DNA of 31,003 bases, from positions 1 to 31,003 of the IMG/VR virus record IMGVR_UViG_3300011335_000701. One strand, written 5' to 3'. How positions within the stretch are numbered: the first letter of the stretch is position 1; each line of letters opens with the position of its first letter. The notes under the pieces are model-generated. The model saw only the letters and a program-made list of their open reading frames with translations. It was not told where the DNA came from and searched no databases. Below, in pieces: positions 26,784 to 31,003 of the stretch. The DNA is from a virus (taxonomy: Duplodnaviria > Caudoviricetes). The position numbers were made by a program, and so were the translations under genes.

Positions 26784-27514
26784 TGTCAGCAGTTAAAAAG
26801 ACGCGCGAAAGCCCGTACCAAATTGCTTGGCGGCTCAAGCGTATGGGGTATAGCAAGGTAAAGCTAGACTTTTCGGGCGGTAAGGAATCTTCAGCGTGCT
26901 GGCTTGCGCTACAGGCGGAAGGGGTGCAGGTTGTGCCAATGATGGCCGTACCCTACCCGCACCTAGAAGTAACTCGGCAAGTGAACGGCTACTTTGAAGA
27001 CTACTTTAGGTGCAAGGTGTACACCTACCCTATGTCCCGTTGGTATCGGTGCTGGAGGGACTTGCTCTACCTAGATCCGTACCTAGTGCGAGTCGCGGAA
27101 ACGCTTAAAATCAAGGAACGCCCAAGCGCAGACCGCATCGTGCGGATACACAGCGCGCTAGCAGGCTTGCCCGATGGACATATGACGGTAGCAGGCCTAC
27201 GCGCATCGGATAGCCGCCAGCGGTTTCTATCTATCTACAAGCACGGCGTAATTGCGGAGGGTAATCTACGGTGCTACCCTGTTGCATGGTGCAATGAGTC
27301 TGCTATCTACTCTATGCTGATTCATCACGGGCTAAAACTACCGTCGCTGTACAAAGACCTGCACCAGAGCTTTGATGTCCCACGGGCAAAAATCCTAGAC
27401 TGGCTTCAAATTAACCTGCCCGAAGACTACCAGCGCATCCTCGCATTCTCTCCGCTCATCCGTCTTGAGCAGGAACGCTACCGCATAGGAGGATCAAATT
27501 GCAGCATCCGCTAG
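26783..27514 (+). CDS. PAPS-reductase-like PP-loop protein
   Basis: FSGGKES PP-loop, GLRASDSRQR, YPVAW, LPSLY...SFD and EDYQRIL..PL. Confidence 0.75.
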   Translation: MSAVKKTRESPYQIAWRLKRMGYSKVKLDFSGGKESSACWLALQAEGVQVVPMMAVPYPHLEVTRQVNGYFEDYFRCKVYTYPMSRWYRCWRDLLYLDPYLVRVAETLKIKERPSADRIVRIHSALAGLPDGHMTVAGLRASDSRQRFLSIYKHGVIAEGNLRCYPVAWCNESAIYSMLIHHGLKLPSLYKDLHQSFDVPRAKILDWLQINLPEDYQRILAFSPLIRLEQERYRIGGSNCSIR

Positions 27515-27900
27515 ACGATATTGTGCCGCTACTGCCTGAGATTGCCGACAACGCTAACTTTGACCAGCGCGCGGCTAGCGCGGCTATGCTTGCGCTTGCC
27601 GCGCAAAGGGTTAGCATTTCAAGCGATGAAGGCTTTTACACCGTCATAGTGTTTCAGACCAAGCCACAGCTCCAAGAGTTTTTGCACCGCACAGGGTGGG
27701 AACTAGAGCATGACGGCTACTGGATTGACGGCTTTAAGCTTGCGGACAAATTAGGCATAGACATTAAACCGATAGACCCCGAAGTAATGCAGCGGGTCTA
27801 TGACCGAGTCAAGACCACAAAACAGGAAACCGACGCGATAGCGAGAGGCTTGGAGTTTTTCCCTATCGAGTCACTACAACGAAAGAAGAAGAAAAAATGA
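27499..27900 (+). CDS. Small cassette-associated protein
   Basis: AGGAGG + TTG; FYTVIVFQTKPQLQEFL...WIDG..LA..LGI. Confidence 0.65.
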   Translation: MQHPLDDIVPLLPEIADNANFDQRAASAAMLALAAQRVSISSDEGFYTVIVFQTKPQLQEFLHRTGWELEHDGYWIDGFKLADKLGIDIKPIDPEVMQRVYDRVKTTKQETDAIARGLEFFPIESLQRKKKKK

Positions 27901-27980
27901 ATACTTTCTCTACCCGTACTTTTGTCATGGAAAACCCTGACGCACCGCCAGCAACCAGCACAGGCGGCCGAGGCGGCTAA
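27897..27980 (+). CDS. 27-aa peptide MNTFSTRTFVMENPDAPPATSTGGRGG (not in ORF track)
   Basis: ATGA overlap with the upstream stop; TAA 27978-27980. Confidence 0.5.
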   Translation: MNTFSTRTFVMENPDAPPATSTGGRGG

Positions 27981-28011
27981 CTCTATCTCAGCGACAACGA
28001 CGCGCGCGCGG

Positions 28012-29193
28012 TTGGAACTTCCGCCGATGTATCCTAAACAGTACGCGGCGGTCTGTGACCCCGCGCGCATCGTTGTTATTGAGGCCGCGACAAAGGCAGG
28101 CAAAACCGTAGGCTGCCTTATGTGGCTCCTGTCGCGAGCGTGGAACGGCGGCAAGGGAGAGTACTGGTGGATTGCTCCTACCTTCGCGCAATCTACAATG
28201 GCCTTTAACCGTATGGTTGATTGGCTACAGCAAGGCGACCCCGCTAAGCACGCTTGGGATGTAAACCTATCCGTAGTGCGGATACGACTTAGCAACGGGG
28301 CGAACATCTGGTTTAAGAGCGCAGACAACGCGGACAGCCTGTACGGCGAGGATGTGCAATCCGCAGTAATTGACGAGGCTACGCGGTGCAGTGAAGCCAG
28401 CTGGTACGCCATCCGCTCAACGCTAACCGCTACCCGTGGAAAGCTTCGCATCATTGGCAATGTGCGCGGGCGCAAAAATTGGGCGTTTGCGCTGGCGCGC
28501 CGTGCAGAAGCGGGCGAGCGCGACATGGCGTATTTTAAGTTGACCGCATACGACGCAGTCGAAGGCGGAGTAGTAGACGCGCAGGAAATCGAAGACGCAA
28601 AGCGGGTACTACCCGAGGCCATTTTTCGCGAGCTGTACCTAGCAGAGCCATCAGACGATGGCGGAAACCCGTTCGGAATCAAGGCTATAGCCGAATGTGT
28701 CGCTCCTCTCTCTCCTCTGCCCGTTGTCTGTTGGGGCGTGGATCTAGCTAAGAGCCGAGACTGGACAGTAGCAGTAGGCCTAGACACTGACGGCAAGGTA
28801 TGCCAGCTTGAGCGGTGGCAGGGTGCTTGGTCAGTTACTCGCGAGCGGCTCGCGCGCATGATTAAGGACACGCCAGCACAGATAGATTCTACTGGTGTCG
28901 GTGACCCTATCGTAGAAGACCTTCGCAAAGTTTGCGCTCGGGCTGAAGGCTTCCGATTCTCTAGTCAGTCAAAACAACAGTTGATGGAAGGCCTCCAAAT
29001 TGCCATATCTACCAAGGAAATACGGTTCCCTGACGGTTGGCTACGGGTTGAACTTGAGTCGTTTGGCTTCCGATACTCACAGAAGGCTATACAGTATGAG
29101 GCGACGGTAGGCCATGATGACGGGGTATGCGCGCTCGCGCTTGCCGTTCATGCTCGACGGCAAAGGCATCCCTTCATTATCCGAGTCTTCTAA
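28012..29193 (+). CDS. terL: Terminase large subunit
   Basis: AATKAGKT Walker A, WWIAPT, VIDEA Walker B, WGVDLA, IDSTGVG and HDDGVCALAL; start uncertain (TTG 28012 or ATG 28027). Confidence 0.92.
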   Translation: MELPPMYPKQYAAVCDPARIVVIEAATKAGKTVGCLMWLLSRAWNGGKGEYWWIAPTFAQSTMAFNRMVDWLQQGDPAKHAWDVNLSVVRIRLSNGANIWFKSADNADSLYGEDVQSAVIDEATRCSEASWYAIRSTLTATRGKLRIIGNVRGRKNWAFALARRAEAGERDMAYFKLTAYDAVEGGVVDAQEIEDAKRVLPEAIFRELYLAEPSDDGGNPFGIKAIAECVAPLSPLPVVCWGVDLAKSRDWTVAVGLDTDGKVCQLERWQGAWSVTRERLARMIKDTPAQIDSTGVGDPIVEDLRKVCARAEGFRFSSQSKQQLMEGLQIAISTKEIRFPDGWLRVELESFGFRYSQKAIQYEATVGHDDGVCALALAVHARRQRHPFIIRVF

Positions 29194-31003
29194 ATGTCGA
29201 TACTTGCACGAATTAAATCAGCCTTTTCTAGCCAGCCTTTCCTACAAGCCAGCGCGCGACTGCTACGCGGCAACGAGTCAATCCGCCCTACCTTTAGTCA
29301 TCACCAAGCGGTGAGCTATTACAGCAGCTGGATCTACGCAGCCGCTAACCTCAACGCCGTAGCAGTAGCCTCGCAACCCTTGCGCCTGTATGTCCGCAAC
29401 CGAAGCGCAGGCACTAAGCTTTGGGACACGCGCAAAGCTCCGCACCAAACCAAGGCCTACCTAAGCGGCTCGCTGGCTCACTGCCCGTCGCGCTACGCCA
29501 TGACTAAAGCCGCAGAGTACGGCGACGATTACGAGGTAGTAACTGAGGCGCACCCGTTACTTACTTTGCTCTCAAAAGTGAACCCCTATCAAAACGGATT
29601 TGACGCGACAGTGCTGCGCGTTCTGTACGGCGAGCTAACGGGAAACGCCTACATTCATCCTGTAATGGATCAGCGGCTACGGCGGCCTGTTGCGCTCTGG
29701 ACTATGCCGAGCCAGTATGTGGAAATTGTGCCAGACAAAGAGCAGTTTATTAGCGGCTACTTGTACGGCACTAGCCGCGACCAGCGGCACAAGTTCGCGG
29801 CCGATGAAGTCATCCACTTTAAGCGGCCTAACCCGTCTGACCTGTACTACGGCCTTGGCAAGGTAGAGGCGGCTTGGGGCGCGGCTACTTCTAACGCTGC
29901 CGTGCATGATATGGACTACCACTTTTTCGCAAATAAGGCGCGCCCTGATTACCTTATGACGGTTAAGAGCCATGCAACCCCTGAGGAGCTGGACAGGCTA
30001 GAGGCGCAGATTGACGAGAAGCTACGCGGCAGCAAGCGCACGGGTAGGTTCCTTACTAGCACTGCTGAAATCGACATAAAGCCTTTGTCTTTTCCGCCTA
30101 AAGACCTTGCAGGACGCGAGCAAATCGTAGAGGAAATCGCAGCAGTGTTTGGCGTACCTGTGTCTATGCTTAAGGCCAACGATCCAAACCTAGCCAGCGC
30201 AACGGTAGGGTTTACATCTTGGAAGGCAACGATGGTGCTACCTCTCCTGAGGATGGATGAGGAAACGCTAAATCAGGGTCTGCTGCCGTTGTTTGGTATT
30301 GAGGAAGACGCTTTTCTTTGCTATGACAACCCCGTAGCCGAAGACAAAGTTTTTGCGCTAGATAGGGTGCGCTCGCTAGTGATGAGTGGGCTGATGACCA
30401 CTAACGAAGGCCGCGAGCTGCAAGGGCTACCGCGCGTCAAAGATAGACAGGCCGACAGGCTGCTGGTAAACGGTCAGCCGCTAGGCGGCTTTCCCCCTGC
30501 CGCTCCTGCGGCAGCAGCTCCGCTAGTGCCTACCCCGTTACCCCTTGCCGACTCTCTAGCCTCCTCTCTGCGCTTGATTGATGCCGCTATGGACACAAAG
30601 GCCGCAACTAGTTGCGACTGCGTAGCAAAAAAAAACTACCCTGAGCCTGAGGAAGTAGTCTGGACTGATGAGACGAACGAGGAAAGCCCCTCGGTAATTA
30701 TGAAGGCGGTAAACACGCAACCGCCGCAAAGCGTTGCGGATAATGCACGGCGCGCGCTTGAGGTGCGAGCGGAAAAACCTGAGTCACTGCGCGGCATGAC
30801 AGCCGTAGGAATCGCGCGAGCGCGTGACCTAATGAACCGCCAGCAGCTTTCAGAGGACACTATCCGCCGAATGCTTTCCTTTTTTGAACGCCACGAAGTA
30901 GACAAACAAGGCGCGACTTGGGAAGAGCAGGGCAAGGGCTGGCAGGCTTGGCACGGTTGGGGCGGCGACGAAGGCTTTTCGTGGGCGCGTCGGAAAGTTG
31001 ACG
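29194..31003 (+). CDS. HK97-family portal protein, open to the window end and fused to 3-1316
   Basis: Translated by hand with no stop; HPLLTLL..NPYQ, LTGNAY, EVIHFK.PNP..YG, EIAAVFGVP and TTNEGR. Confidence 0.92.
   Translation, partial: MSILARIKSAFSSQPFLQASARLLRGNESIRPTFSHHQAVSYYSSWIYAAANLNAVAVASQPLRLYVRNRSAGTKLWDTRKAPHQTKAYLSGSLAHCPSRYAMTKAAEYGDDYEVVTEAHPLLTLLSKVNPYQNGFDATVLRVLYGELTGNAYIHPVMDQRLRRPVALWTMPSQYVEIVPDKEQFISGYLYGTSRDQRHKFAADEVIHFKRPNPSDLYYGLGKVEAAWGAATSNAAVHDMDYHFFANKARPDYLMTVKSHATPEELDRLEAQIDEKLRGSKRTGRFLTSTAEIDIKPLSFPPKDLAGREQIVEEIAAVFGVPVSMLKANDPNLASATVGFTSWKATMVLPLLRMDEETLNQGLLPLFGIEEDAFLCYDNPVAEDKVFALDRVRSLVMSGLMTTNEGRELQGLPRVKDRQADRLLVNGQPLGGFPPAAPAAAAPLVPTPLPLADSLASSLRLIDAAMDTKAATSCDCVAKKNYPEPEEVVWTDETNEESPSVIMKAVNTQPPQSVADNARRALEVRAEKPESLRGMTAVGIARARDLMNRQQLSEDTIRRMLSFFERHEVDKQGATWEEQGKGWQAWHGWGGDEGFSWARRKVD
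30728..31003. repeat. Terminal direct repeat / circular overlap, copy 2
   Basis: Matches 1-276 with 3 mismatches. Confidence 0.95.

Noticed and set aside
27798-28928. 376-aa minus-strand ORF
   Set aside because: Antisense shadow of TerL with no motifs

Overview
The window is an apparently complete, circularly permuted tailed-phage genome (siphovirus-like, HK97-type head) of about 30,727 bp. Bases 1-276 recur at 30728-31003 with 3 mismatches. Nearly all genes are on the + strand and tightly coupled. Gene order: TerS, ParB/PAPS-reductase-like cassette, TerL, portal fusion (spanning the junction), prohead protease, major capsid, two paralogous decoration-like proteins, glycosyltransferase, neck/tail genes with a -1 frameshifted chaperone and a short tape measure, Cys-rich tail-tip genes, then Bet recombinase, HTH genes, a promoter/hairpin-repeat early cassette, Gp157, RusA, holin/spanin-like genes and an FkbM-like methyltransferase. 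I recognised no integrase, polymerase, helicase, DNA methylase, endolysin, tRNA or CRISPR array. The most striking observations are: (1) a ParB + PP-loop/PAPS-reductase-like + small protein + unannotated 27-aa GGRGG-ending peptide cassette between TerS and TerL; (2) apparent genome-wide avoidance of CCNGG, GGNCC, CCGG and ACGT, with no Pro-Gly or Gly-Pro seen in any ORF; (3) a 949-aa portal-DUF-MuF fusion with a slippery site and repeated TKAAT motifs at domain borders; (4) a four-copy AAGA-loop hairpin with a variant stem placed just before early start codons. A planctomycete-like host is only an inference. All family calls come from motif recognition by eye; no searches were run.
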